Of a stretch of DNA of 64,000 nt, positions 1 to 9,121 are shown in pieces (position 1 is the first letter of the stretch; each line of letters starts with the position of its first letter). Location: positions 188,861-252,860 of the forward strand of contig CAVRLM010000009.1 in assembly GCA_963722365.1 (NCBI GenBank), in the 5' to 3' direction. The notes beneath the pieces were generated by a model, which was not told where the DNA came from, did not search any database, and worked only from the letters and a program-made list of their open reading frames with translations. Made by a program: the position numbers and the translations under genes. Source of the DNA: an uncultured Acidobacteriaceae bacterium. Lineage in GTDB: Bacteria; Acidobacteriota; Terriglobia; Terriglobales; Acidobacteriaceae.

Positions 1-1413
1 GTGATCTCCAGTGCGTAGGCCGACACGCTTGCATAATTGAGAACGTCCAGTGACTTGCCGCTGGTCATGGTCGAATTCGGCCAGCAGTCATCTGTCTCCC
101 AGGAGACCTGAAAGGAAGACGTTGAGGTGTAGTTCACACTCCAGTTGCCGTTCTTGGAGGGTTCTCCGCCCACCGTTTGGCAAAAACTGGCGTCAGGGCT
201 CGAGTGGCGCAACTGCACTCCGTTGTGCGGGTCCAGCTGAAATCCCGGCGCAAAATGGAATTGATACGTGTCTGTGCCGCCCGGGAAACTGCGCCCTGGA
301 TTCGCGGGAATCGGAAACTGATCGACTGCCGATTCACGCGCCACCGCAATCGTTTCGCCGGGTTGAAGCAGGGCTAACGAAGGCGACTCCACTTCGGGCT
401 GAACCGGGCCGGCCATATTAGCGTTAACCGTGGTCAGACTGACTCCCAAGGGCACGCACGAGTAGCCGGTGGATTGGGCGCAAACTGGCGGTTTTGGGAG
501 CAACTGGAGCATCTGGTCTTCGCGCGCCGCCAGGAAATTCATCCCGTTCGCCTGATATTCCTGCCCTGTGGCGGTCTTTACCACCAGCGTGACGTTATTC
601 GTGTCATAGAAGCCGCCAGCGTTCGAATCAATTTGCGCGATGATCTGCCGATCGCTCCATCCATCAGGGGCAATCTGAAATGACACACGATCGCGAAATA
701 TCGGGGAGCTCAGCACTCCGCGTGAGGTGCCCATCGGCGAAGCTGAACGGTAATGCAGGCCGCTCAAATAGACCTGCGCCTGACGTGTTCCCAAATCCAC
801 AACCCTGGATCACGAACGTGCCATCTGGCCCGAGCACGGGGCTGAACCATATCCCCGATTTCTGCCCGTCCACGCTTGCGATTCCGCCCACGCATAACTG
901 TGTCGGATTAGAAGCCCGAGTGCCGATCACTTGCGGCTTTGGCGAATCGGGAGCTTGGTGCCGAGTGGGTCCGCTCTGAGCTGCTGAGGTCGTTGTAGAG
1001 CCGTTCAGTGTTGTCTGACCACCGGATGCAGACATCGTCTGGCCTGCGCCAATCTGTGGCGCAGCGCCGTTTTCCATGGGTTGCGGGTTTGTTCCGCCGT
1101 TCAGCAGCATTCCGTTCTGCGGTGTGCCCGCGGGGCGCACACCGCCTGTGAAGGTACGAGCGCTCGCTCCCGAGGACAAAATGGTTTGTGCTGCCGCACT
1201 CTGCTTGCGCAGCAGACCCGTCACAGCGGAGTTGCCGCCATCGCCGCCCGGCATAGTACGCGTTGGTCTCACCAGAACGGAGCGAGCCAAGGCCGACGAA
1301 ATCAACCGGTTGGATTTCCACTTCCCGGCGGTCACCGCTGGGTTGGCCGCCCTGCCCTGCATCAGGGACGTTGCCGTCCTGCTTTGGATCCGGTCGCTTT
1401 CTTGCTGGGCCAA
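1..1413 (-). pseudogene. Partial (3' end runs off the left window edge) secreted low-complexity / IPT-like surface protein; reading frame switches near 775-780
   Basis: ORF 664..1413 (TTG start) reads ...GPDGTFVIQGCGFGNTSGAGL...DCP*. By hand translation, a second minus-strand frame is open from 809 down to base 1 and beyond: ...QVYLSGLHYRSASPMG...DRVSFQIAPDGWSDRQIIAQIDSNAGGFYDTNNVTLVVKTATGQEY.... Joining them gives GFGNTSG-QVYLSGL, an IPT/TIG-like pattern. The N-terminal boundary is unclear because ORF 908..1513 overlaps in a third frame. Confidence 0.4.
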
Positions 1414-1524
1414 ACATTTTCCAATGCACAGCCCGGTCAGCAGCAGACTTCAGTGTCAGATTCCTACGCATTTGGCTTCCTCCCTTCATCGTTGGCCTCA
1501 TGGCCTTTGCCAAGGAGCCGGCAT

Positions 1525-2553
1525 CTACTGGACCGGAATCGTCAGTTCTTTTGCCTTAGGTCCGGACCAGTCCGCGCTGAAGCGGTGAAACCCGAACTGG
1601 GTGATGCGCCGAGATACCGAGTTCACCCACGCGTCAACCTGCATGGAGTTCATATTCCAGTTGTCTCCGCCGGAGCCGCCGGCGAATGTGTCAGAGAGTG
1701 TTATGGTCTTGATCTGGTCGACGGTTACTGGTCGGTTAAGGAGGACCTCAGCCCCATGGGTGCTTCCATCCGCCCATCTCTGGCCGTGATTGACATTCGG
1801 CTCAGATTGCGTCGTGCCGTCAGAGAAATGAATCGTGATATTCAGATTGTCATTTCCTCCACGGAGGTCGTCGTCTCCGGTCCAGAACGTGAAGACCAGC
1901 TTGCTCACCTGGTTCTCTGCGGGACAACTCACATCCGGCCTCGCCGGAATCGAAAGGTTCGGGTTACTACCTGTGAAGCGATGGAATCCGAACGAGGCGA
2001 TGGGCGCACCGGAAACGTTATTTCCCATCGCGCTCGCCTGGAACTCCGCCATATCCCAGTTGTCTTCCGATTTCACACCTTGCGCCGCGTAGATCGGGGC
2101 AAGCGCCGGGCCCGCCGGAGTGGCCAATGCGCCAACTCCTGTAGCAGAAGGAGGGGTGAACCCGCCCCCCGCTAAGTGGACCAGCCCAATTGACTTGATC
2201 TGGTTCGGCGCGACCGGCCGTTTCAGTGGAACGGTCACGAAATTCGTGCTGTTGTTTCCCCAATTTGCGCCGCGGTTCACATTGTTTGAAACCTCCATCG
2301 TGCCGTCGGCGAAGTGTATCTCTACGTTCAGGTTGTTCTGCCCACCCCGAAGATCATCGTTTCCGGTCCGGAACCGCAGTTGCAGTTGGCTGACCGTGCA
2401 TCCTGCGCTCAAAATCGTGGTGCGCTGGGGATGGAGCAAGCCCGTCGGCTTCGTCGCTTGCCCGTAAACTGTGCTTCCCGTCCAAAGCCAGCAAGTGATC
2501 ACAACCACTCCTTTAATTACCCAGTTATATCTGCTGCAATTCTTTAAGTTCAT
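1525..2553 (-). CDS. Secreted protein of unknown function built from two tandem copies of an uncharacterised ~135-150 aa domain
   Basis: N-terminal hydrophobic signal-like segment (VIKGVVVITCWLWTGSTVYGQ). Two copies share the pattern C..L.F.TG(N/D)DDLRGG.(N/D)NLN(V/I).IHF.DGT ... RPV...QIK.I.L ... DNW(D/N)M ... FGFHRF (aa ~51-199 and ~209-342). Confidence 0.7.
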   Translation of the reverse strand: MNLKNCSRYNWVIKGVVVITCWLWTGSTVYGQATKPTGLLHPQRTTILSAGCTVSQLQLRFRTGNDDLRGGQNNLNVEIHFADGTMEVSNNVNRGANWGNNSTNFVTVPLKRPVAPNQIKSIGLVHLAGGGFTPPSATGVGALATPAGPALAPIYAAQGVKSEDNWDMAEFQASAMGNNVSGAPIASFGFHRFTGSNPNLSIPARPDVSCPAENQVSKLVFTFWTGDDDLRGGNDNLNITIHFSDGTTQSEPNVNHGQRWADGSTHGAEVLLNRPVTVDQIKTITLSDTFAGGSGGDNWNMNSMQVDAWVNSVSRRITQFGFHRFSADWSGPKAKELTIPVQ

Positions 2554-2794
2554 TGTGCGTTTCCTCCCCGCTGCCGCATGCGTCTGAAATACAGCTCCGA
2601 GAGTGCGAGCGTCAAAGGAAATGCAGATTAAACGACGCTGACTTAGTAAGCGCTGCTATCTCAATGGGTTGTAGCGACGGATGACACAGAGATGCGATTC
2701 ACAGAGGCAGGTAGTGGGACCTGCAACGAGCAGTTCGATTGGGGGAAACCCTGGTCAGGTGCGGCGTAGGAGACAGAACTTGTGCGGGCGCCTG

Positions 2795-5665
2795 TTAGCG
2801 GGTTGAGCGATTCTCAGCAACCACCGCGCCGCTGGACATCGCTTCTTCCGCGTGGCGGGCGACGAGCTCGTAACCACGCTGGCGTGTTTCTGCGGTGAGT
2901 GCTTTCAGCTGCTTGCGCCCCAATGACGAGTTGATTTTCAGTTCTAGTTGGCCGAGCGTCAGTCGCGCTTCGCTTTCGACGTTGTAATAACCCAGTCGTT
3001 TGGAGGTAGCAATGACCGAATTCAGGCGCCGAAAGGCCGACGCTGAACTTGCGTTCTCATCCTTCGAACTTGCCATATCCACTCGCGCTTGTTGAATTTG
3101 AGCCGGGAGTTTCAACGCAGGATCCGAACTGGTAAGGCTAAGGTCAGCTCCATGCTGGGCCGCTTTGCGTGCTTCGTCCAGTTCGCCTTGGATAAGCAAG
3201 GTCCGGCTTAAAAGCGTATACGCCGTGCTTGAATCCGGATCATTTTTTTCCTTCTCAAATTCAGTGAGTGCAGCTCGAATCAAAGACCCAGCTTCTTCGG
3301 TTCGACCTTCTTCGATGTCCAAAGCCGCGAGCTCGGCTTGGCTCTCGGCGGTCAGATCCAGTGCGCCTATCTTCTGCCGAATAGCGAGCGTTTGTTCGAA
3401 TTGTGAACGCGCTCCGGCCAGGTCGCCCTGTGCCTCCAAGGCCTCGCCAAGGACAATCATCGCACTGGTCAAGTATTGATACGATCCATGGGTCGAGAGG
3501 TAAGAGTCGATTGCCTGCTGCGCCGATCGGTGGGCATCCTGAACTCGTCCCTCGGTTAAGCTCAAGTCGGCCAGTCGATATAACAAATACCCTGGATCGC
3601 TATTCTCCCGCGCGCTCTCTACTTTCAGCGTCTCCTGATAAAACTTCTCCGCCGTTTTCAAATTGCCTCGGAGGTAGTAGATGTCCGCAATATTGCCCAT
3701 CGCGGTCACTTCGTTGTTCAGATCGCCGCTCTGCTCGAATTCAGACTTGGCCCCGCGGTATAACTGTTCAGCGCGATCCAGCTTTCCCTCATTCTCATAG
3801 GCAATGGCCATGTTATTCAGAACGGACCCTGTTTTTTCGTGTTCTCCCAGACCTTCCAGCAGGTTCAGCGCTCGCTGGTACGTTTCAATTGAGCGCTCGT
3901 AATGGCCCTGAGTTCCGAGCGTATCTGCCATCTGGCGCACAGAGTCGGCGGCAGCAACCTTGTTTCCAGCGGACAGGAAAATGTTGAACGCGTCTTCGCA
4001 AGACGGCAGGCCCTGATCAGGGTGTTCGGTGTAATTCAGAAGCATGCACTCTTCTTTTCTTGCTAGCGCATAAACCAGCTTCTGTCCTCGAGCGGATGCT
4101 TTGCGCATCGCGCTTCGTACCAAGACCAGCGCCGCCGGTTTGTCATCTTTCATCGCCCGTACTTCCGCTAAATCAATTCGCGGATCTTCGGACGAAGGTG
4201 CCGGCAGGCTACGCAGTTGACGAACAACTTCCATCGCCTGAGTGCCGTGACCCGACAAGCTCTGCGCCGAGGCCAGGCGCAGGGCATATTCCACGTTGTC
4301 GGGAAACAGTTCAAAGAGCGCGTGATACACCGATGCCGCCCGCTCCTGTTTTCCCATGCTCTCGTAATATTCCCCTTCGACTAACAACCGCTGGGCTCTG
4401 GGCAAGTCGGTGGATAGGTCGAATGCCTTTTTGGCTTCTTCTTGGTACTTTTGCGCGTACCCTAGTTGCGACCACGCACGCGCCAACATGGCGTGCACCA
4501 GCGAGAATTTGGGATCGATTTCGGCGGCTTGTTCGAGCAGGTCCTTGGCTGCGAGTGCGTCAAACTGCCGCAACTTCGTAACTCCAAGGGAATAGAACCG
4601 TGCTGCTTCGGGATCCAGCGGCAAAGCAGCGAGCACGCCGGCTTCTTCGAACGCCTGCAACTGCTCGACACCAAGGCGACTGCGTAGTTGGGCGCCGATT
4701 CGCGAGACCAAACGGAACAAATCCTGCATGCTACCGACCTCTGCACTTTCCGTCAGTATTTCGCCCGTCTTCCCATTCTGCATACGAACGTCAAGCCGCA
4801 ACTGACCCTGATCAGCTGTGCCGATCATCATGTATGAGCCCAGCACCAGCACGTCGCTGTTCAGGGCATCGCCAATGCGTGCGCTGGTGCCGCTATCGAG
4901 CGAGTCGGCTGAAGGCCATGGGGCAGAGACTCGCAGGTTGGAGACATCTTCACCGGAAACAAGTCGCAATTTTTCGCCACCTGAAAGTTCGGTGCTCAAC
5001 ATCTCCGAAAGGGCTGACGCCAGCCAAGCATCTTCCGCACGGCCCGACAGATTCTGAAATCCAAGCACCGCAACCGACTTGCGCATCTGGACCGAAGATA
5101 CGGTCGGCTTGGTCCCCAACCGCCCGTAGTGCCACGCGAGCGCTACGCCCATCGAGAGCAGCAGGATGACAGAGGCAAAGGCTGCGTATATATAAGGAGA
5201 ACGGCGCCGTTCCAAGTTCGGAACCGGAAATGCAGTTATCGCTGAAGCCTGAGCGGAAGATTGAGGACTTTCGCTCGGCGAGGTGGCATGGAGAAGGGCT
5301 TGCTCCGAAACCGGTTCTGGGATCTTCTCCACGGCAACCGGGGCGATGAACCGGTAGCCGCGCCGCGGGACCGTCTGGATGAACCGCGGATTCTCGGGGT
5401 CGTCATCGAGCGCGGCCCGAAGCCTCTTGAGGATGACGTTAAGACTCCCGTCAAAATCGACGTACGTTCCCTCGGGCCACAGGCTCTGCCGCAACTCCTC
5501 TCGAGTCACAACTTCGCCTGGACGCTGGAGCAACAACATCAAGAGCTGGAAAGGTTGATCCTGGATTTTGACCCGAAGGCCGCCGCGTGTGAGCGTATTG
5601 CTTGTGGAATTTGCCTCGAATAACCCGAAACGAAAGACATTGCCGACGTCGGCCGTGCTTTCCAT
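2795..5665 (-). CDS. CadC/OmpR-type winged-helix transcriptional regulator with one TM segment and a long TPR-rich C-terminal region
   Basis: N-terminus ...LRVKIQDQPFQLLMLLLQRPGEVVTREELRQSLWPEGTYVDFDGSLNVILKRLRAALDDDPENPRFIQTVPRRGYRFIAP is a trans_reg_C winged helix. A hydrophobic segment (YIYAAFASVILLLSMGVALAW) follows, then many TPR-like repeats. Confidence 0.85.
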   Translation of the reverse strand: MESTADVGNVFRFGLFEANSTSNTLTRGGLRVKIQDQPFQLLMLLLQRPGEVVTREELRQSLWPEGTYVDFDGSLNVILKRLRAALDDDPENPRFIQTVPRRGYRFIAPVAVEKIPEPVSEQALLHATSPSESPQSSAQASAITAFPVPNLERRRSPYIYAAFASVILLLSMGVALAWHYGRLGTKPTVSSVQMRKSVAVLGFQNLSGRAEDAWLASALSEMLSTELSGGEKLRLVSGEDVSNLRVSAPWPSADSLDSGTSARIGDALNSDVLVLGSYMMIGTADQGQLRLDVRMQNGKTGEILTESAEVGSMQDLFRLVSRIGAQLRSRLGVEQLQAFEEAGVLAALPLDPEAARFYSLGVTKLRQFDALAAKDLLEQAAEIDPKFSLVHAMLARAWSQLGYAQKYQEEAKKAFDLSTDLPRAQRLLVEGEYYESMGKQERAASVYHALFELFPDNVEYALRLASAQSLSGHGTQAMEVVRQLRSLPAPSSEDPRIDLAEVRAMKDDKPAALVLVRSAMRKASARGQKLVYALARKEECMLLNYTEHPDQGLPSCEDAFNIFLSAGNKVAAADSVRQMADTLGTQGHYERSIETYQRALNLLEGLGEHEKTGSVLNNMAIAYENEGKLDRAEQLYRGAKSEFEQSGDLNNEVTAMGNIADIYYLRGNLKTAEKFYQETLKVESARENSDPGYLLYRLADLSLTEGRVQDAHRSAQQAIDSYLSTHGSYQYLTSAMIVLGEALEAQGDLAGARSQFEQTLAIRQKIGALDLTAESQAELAALDIEEGRTEEAGSLIRAALTEFEKEKNDPDSSTAYTLLSRTLLIQGELDEARKAAQHGADLSLTSSDPALKLPAQIQQARVDMASSKDENASSASAFRRLNSVIATSKRLGYYNVESEARLTLGQLELKINSSLGRKQLKALTAETRQRGYELVARHAEEAMSSGAVVAENRSTR

Positions 5666-5742
5666 GAGCCCCGTCCCCCCACGAATGTGGCTGGAATAAT
5701 AGCATTGACGTTAACGGTCTGCCACAAAATACAGCGCTGCCT

Positions 5743-5788
5743 TAAGTAGTGTTGTGCCACGTAAGTAAGTAGTGTCGTGCCACGTAAG
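5743..5788. repeat. Two tandem 23-bp direct repeats (TAAGTAGTGT[T/C]GTGCCACGTAAG), candidate operator in the divergent promoter region
   Basis: Units 5743-5765 and 5766-5788 differ at one base. They lie 78-123 nt upstream of the winged-helix regulator start (5665, minus strand) and ~195 nt upstream of 5984 (plus strand). Confidence 0.8.
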
Positions 5789-5983
5789 TCCGTTACAGGT
5801 AGACCCGGAGTGCGTCCCGTTTTCCGAACGATTCGACGTGTCAGCAAACTTTCTAGCATGCTCAATACAAAAGGTTTGTCATGTCAGAACGGTTTAATTT
5901 GCGTTTCATTTGACCCTTCGCCCACTTTGACGCATTCTGCCCAGCGTTGGAAGTGAGACCAGTTTTGTCGAAGGAGGAGCACC

Positions 5984-6562
5984 GTGAAGAAATTCGTCAC
6001 AATGTTGTTCGGATTGGCCGGCTTCGGTTTGCCGTTTGCAGTTGTCGATGCGAACGCCGCCTGGGCCCAGACCCAGAACTCTGCGCAACCCACGGTTAAG
6101 CTGCAATCCCTGAATATTAAGCCTGGCCTTTGGGAGAGCACGCGAACGATCAAGAGGACAGGTGAGATGCCGATCCCTACTGAAATGCTGAACCGATTGA
6201 CTCCAGAGCAGCGCGCCAGGATGCAGGAAAGAATGAAGGCGAACGCAGGGGGGCACACGAGCACCGAAACCGAGAAGCACTGTGTCACCAGGGAGGACTT
6301 GGAGCGAGACAGATTGAAGATCGCGGAAGCAAAGGAATGCACCACGACCGTGGTCAATTCCACAACCACAAATCTCAGGGGAAAAATTGTCTGCGAGACA
6401 GCGGGCATGCATGCAACCGGCATGCTTGAACTGGTAGCGGTTGATTCAGAACATGTTAATGGCTCATACCATTCGACAGTGGACGGTAACGATCACACCA
6501 TGAACCTGGAAGGCACGTGGACCTCGAAGTGGCTGGGTTCTACCTGCGGCGATGTGAAATAA
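5984..6562 (+). CDS. Secreted DUF3617-like protein
   Basis: Signal peptide MKKFVTMLFGLAGFGLPFAVVDANAAWAQ. The PGLWE motif early in the mature part and conserved Cys positions match my recollection of DUF3617. Confidence 0.7.
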   Translation: MKKFVTMLFGLAGFGLPFAVVDANAAWAQTQNSAQPTVKLQSLNIKPGLWESTRTIKRTGEMPIPTEMLNRLTPEQRARMQERMKANAGGHTSTETEKHCVTREDLERDRLKIAEAKECTTTVVNSTTTNLRGKIVCETAGMHATGMLELVAVDSEHVNGSYHSTVDGNDHTMNLEGTWTSKWLGSTCGDVK

Positions 6563-6573
6563 GGAGAAGAGGC

Positions 6574-7206
6574 TTGGAGAGGGCCAGCTATGGTTTCGGT
6601 GTCGGCGCCCAGAGGAAACGGGGTGGGCGATTCGGCTTCTTCGGACTGATTGCCAGCGTGTTCGTGGTCTATGCCGTGGTTGCGGGGCTGGATCCTTGGG
6701 CCTTGCACATCGGTGAGCGCTGGACGCCCCTGTTGTATTGGACGGGGACCGGCAAACTAGTTACGAAGCACGGAACCCACCCTCTGATGGTTACTCTCTT
6801 CCCCGCGTCGCACTTCTCCCGCCTTCGTCTTGATGGCTTGCGACCAACAGGAGGCATACACGGCAAGGCGTGGCTGTGTACTTCACGGGGCGTGACGCAA
6901 TCCTTCGACCTGAACGGCACGATCTATGGCAAATGGCGGAGCACCGACGGTGCCTTGATGGGTTTTCGCCTGCTTGAGCGGCGAACTGCCCGCGATGCGC
7001 TCGTCGGTGACAGCTATAGAGGCTACTTCGATCTCTTCGGATATTGGCATGGCCCGCAACTCACAATGGACGACCGCGGAGAATGGTCCGAACGGCTCCG
7101 CTCCGGATTGAGAGTCGAGCAGGCGTCCGTGACCCTTAACTGGGGAGACGAGGCCGATTTCAATGCTGCATGCGCCAGCATGGCCAATCCGGCGTCGGGG
7201 CGATAG
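6574..7206 (+). CDS. Hypothetical single-pass membrane protein
   Basis: Same frame as ORF 6517..7206. I prefer the TTG at 6574, which has AGGAG 7 nt upstream and lies just after the stop of the previous gene (6560-6562). TM segment FGFFGLIASVFVVYAVVAGL. No recognisable domain. Confidence 0.55.
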   Translation: MERASYGFGVGAQRKRGGRFGFFGLIASVFVVYAVVAGLDPWALHIGERWTPLLYWTGTGKLVTKHGTHPLMVTLFPASHFSRLRLDGLRPTGGIHGKAWLCTSRGVTQSFDLNGTIYGKWRSTDGALMGFRLLERRTARDALVGDSYRGYFDLFGYWHGPQLTMDDRGEWSERLRSGLRVEQASVTLNWGDEADFNAACASMANPASGR

Positions 7207-7237
7207 CGTAGGCAGCCTTTCATAAACACGAATTCCC

Positions 7238-9109
7238 ATGTTGAATGCTCATCCGACCGGCGAACTTACCGAACCAAACGCCAGACAGCGCTTCGAGCCT
7301 CGCGATCGCGAGAGCTTCTTCGCTGCGCAGGCGCAAAACCGTCGCGCGACTTGGCGGATATCAGTTCTATGCGTGCTTGCCGCGGCGCTGATGGGCATCC
7401 CGCTCGCGTTGATCATCACACCGCTGCTCTACGGTGTGGCATTAATCATTGCTGACGCGGTAAATCTTTTCGCTCCCCTCCCCGCTGAGTTCTGGCGACA
7501 GGCGAATGAAGTCTCGCGCTTTGGGCGGGTCGCTCTCGATTGGCTATTGCAACAGAAAACCGCTGATCCGCAGGCGCTCGCAATAGGAGCATCGGTCATG
7601 CTCCTGCCGGGAATTTTGTTCTCCCTGGCGCTTTGGGCAGCAGTCAACCTCATGTTTCATCGCAGCGGGACCGGCGGTGGAGTGCTAGCGCTGAAGGCGC
7701 GGGAGCCCAAACCAAGTGAACTGAAAGAACTACAACTTGTCGATGTGGTTCAGGAGATGGCCATCGCCGCTGGCCTGCCTGCGCCACAAGTGATGCTCAT
7801 TGATTCACCCGGCGCGAATGCCGGGATCATAGGCGCGTCTCCCGAGGATGCGCGGCTCATTGTGTCGCGCACCCTCATCGAGGATCTTAGCCGTGACGAA
7901 CTGGAGGGCGCTGTCGCTCACCTCATTGGCTCGATTGGCAATGGTGACTTGCGTATCTCGATGCGGATGACGGCAGTACTTGAGGCTTGCGGGCTGTTAA
8001 CGACGATCATGAATGCACCTTTCGGTCCACAATCTCGCAGAATTCTTTGGCGTATGGTGCGTTATTCGTTGATACAACGAGAAGGTGACCCGCAGGAAGC
8101 GGCGGCGGTTGCGGACCTTCTTACGCGAAGCGCCGATCTCGAGGTCGACGATATTGATCGTTTCTTTGACGCAACGGGAAAGAAGTCGTGGCTGCGCTCC
8201 ATTCGCAATTTCATCTTCTTCCCCATTTTTCTTACCAATACGGCTGTCAAGCTGTTGCTGTGGTTTTTTTCCTGGGCAGTATTGGGGCCGCTGATGGGAT
8301 TACTGTGGCATACAAGGCAATATCTTGCAGACGCATCCGCAGTGCAGCTTACGCGCGATCCCGACGGCTTGGCGCGAGCGTTGCAAAAACTCAATGAGGA
8401 CCCTGGAGAGATTCCGGGCGGAGATTGGGCATCGCACCTGTTTCTGGTCCGCCCCAGGCGGGGCAACGGCGGCTTTGTGCCGAGTGCAAAGCAGCGGCAA
8501 ACGCTGGCTCAAGCCTGGGCCGCCTCTGCGACCGCAGACTTAACCTCTATGCCTGGCAACTCCGCCGATTTTGCAGCGATCTCCCGGCAATTACCCGAGA
8601 TCATGCGCGCGGCGTTCGCAGGAGATGAGCGCGCTGCCGCTCAGCTGCGCTCCCTTCACCAGTCAGTGTCAGCCGCGGATCCCGAGTTGGCCGCACAATT
8701 CCCCAATCCCGACGACCTGATCGCGGCTCGCAAAGGTGATCTTGAGGCTATGTCTCGTCTGCGAGCCGCTCGACGCAATCCGGCAGCCTTGGGTCAAGCC
8801 GGCAAGCAAAACGATCAGGCCCCTTCCTCACCCGAGACATCCAGTCTCGTGGGATTTCATGCCTCCCTGACGCGGCGACTGAAACGTCTCGCACTTTTGG
8901 GAGCGCACATCGATCCGGTTGCTCGAGATCGCAAGGCGGGGATCGTGATATTGGTGTTCTCGTTGCTGCTGGGGCCGTTCGCCCTGCTGGCAATTCTCTT
9001 GTTGCTGCTTCTTATCGCGGTCATGACGTTGGCCAGCTTGACATTTGTTGTGATCTGGCTCGCGGTGATTCACAAGCTCTTCGCCCTGGCTGGAAGCCCG
9101 AGTGCGTGA
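7238..9109 (+). CDS. M48 (HtpX/Ste24-like) peptidase-fold membrane protein with degenerate active site (probable pseudo-peptidase)
   Basis: Family-typical blocks are present: ...ANAGIIGASPEDARLIVSRTLIEDLSRDELEGAVAHLIGSIGNGDL... and ...TRQYLADASAVQLTRDPDGLARALQKL. The HExxH position reads HLIGS, and the distal R.xE..AD Glu reads Q. N-terminal and C-terminal TM segments are present. Confidence 0.8.
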   Translation: MLNAHPTGELTEPNARQRFEPRDRESFFAAQAQNRRATWRISVLCVLAAALMGIPLALIITPLLYGVALIIADAVNLFAPLPAEFWRQANEVSRFGRVALDWLLQQKTADPQALAIGASVMLLPGILFSLALWAAVNLMFHRSGTGGGVLALKAREPKPSELKELQLVDVVQEMAIAAGLPAPQVMLIDSPGANAGIIGASPEDARLIVSRTLIEDLSRDELEGAVAHLIGSIGNGDLRISMRMTAVLEACGLLTTIMNAPFGPQSRRILWRMVRYSLIQREGDPQEAAAVADLLTRSADLEVDDIDRFFDATGKKSWLRSIRNFIFFPIFLTNTAVKLLLWFFSWAVLGPLMGLLWHTRQYLADASAVQLTRDPDGLARALQKLNEDPGEIPGGDWASHLFLVRPRRGNGGFVPSAKQRQTLAQAWAASATADLTSMPGNSADFAAISRQLPEIMRAAFAGDERAAAQLRSLHQSVSAADPELAAQFPNPDDLIAARKGDLEAMSRLRAARRNPAALGQAGKQNDQAPSSPETSSLVGFHASLTRRLKRLALLGAHIDPVARDRKAGIVILVFSLLLGPFALLAILLLLLLIAVMTLASLTFVVIWLAVIHKLFALAGSPSA

Positions 9110-9121
9110 GGAAAGAACACG

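Noticed and set aside
908-1513. 201-aa ORF overlapping ORF 664..1413 as the true 5' part of the first gene
   Set aside because: It has no signal peptide and an Arg-rich product. I could not decide between frames by eye, so the N-terminal boundary of the first gene is left unresolved rather than calling a second frameshift.
5743-5788. CRISPR array (also considered for the repeats at 26469-26528 and 10024-10137)
   Set aside because: Each locus has only two to four copies. There are no regular spacers of CRISPR size and no cas genes in the window.
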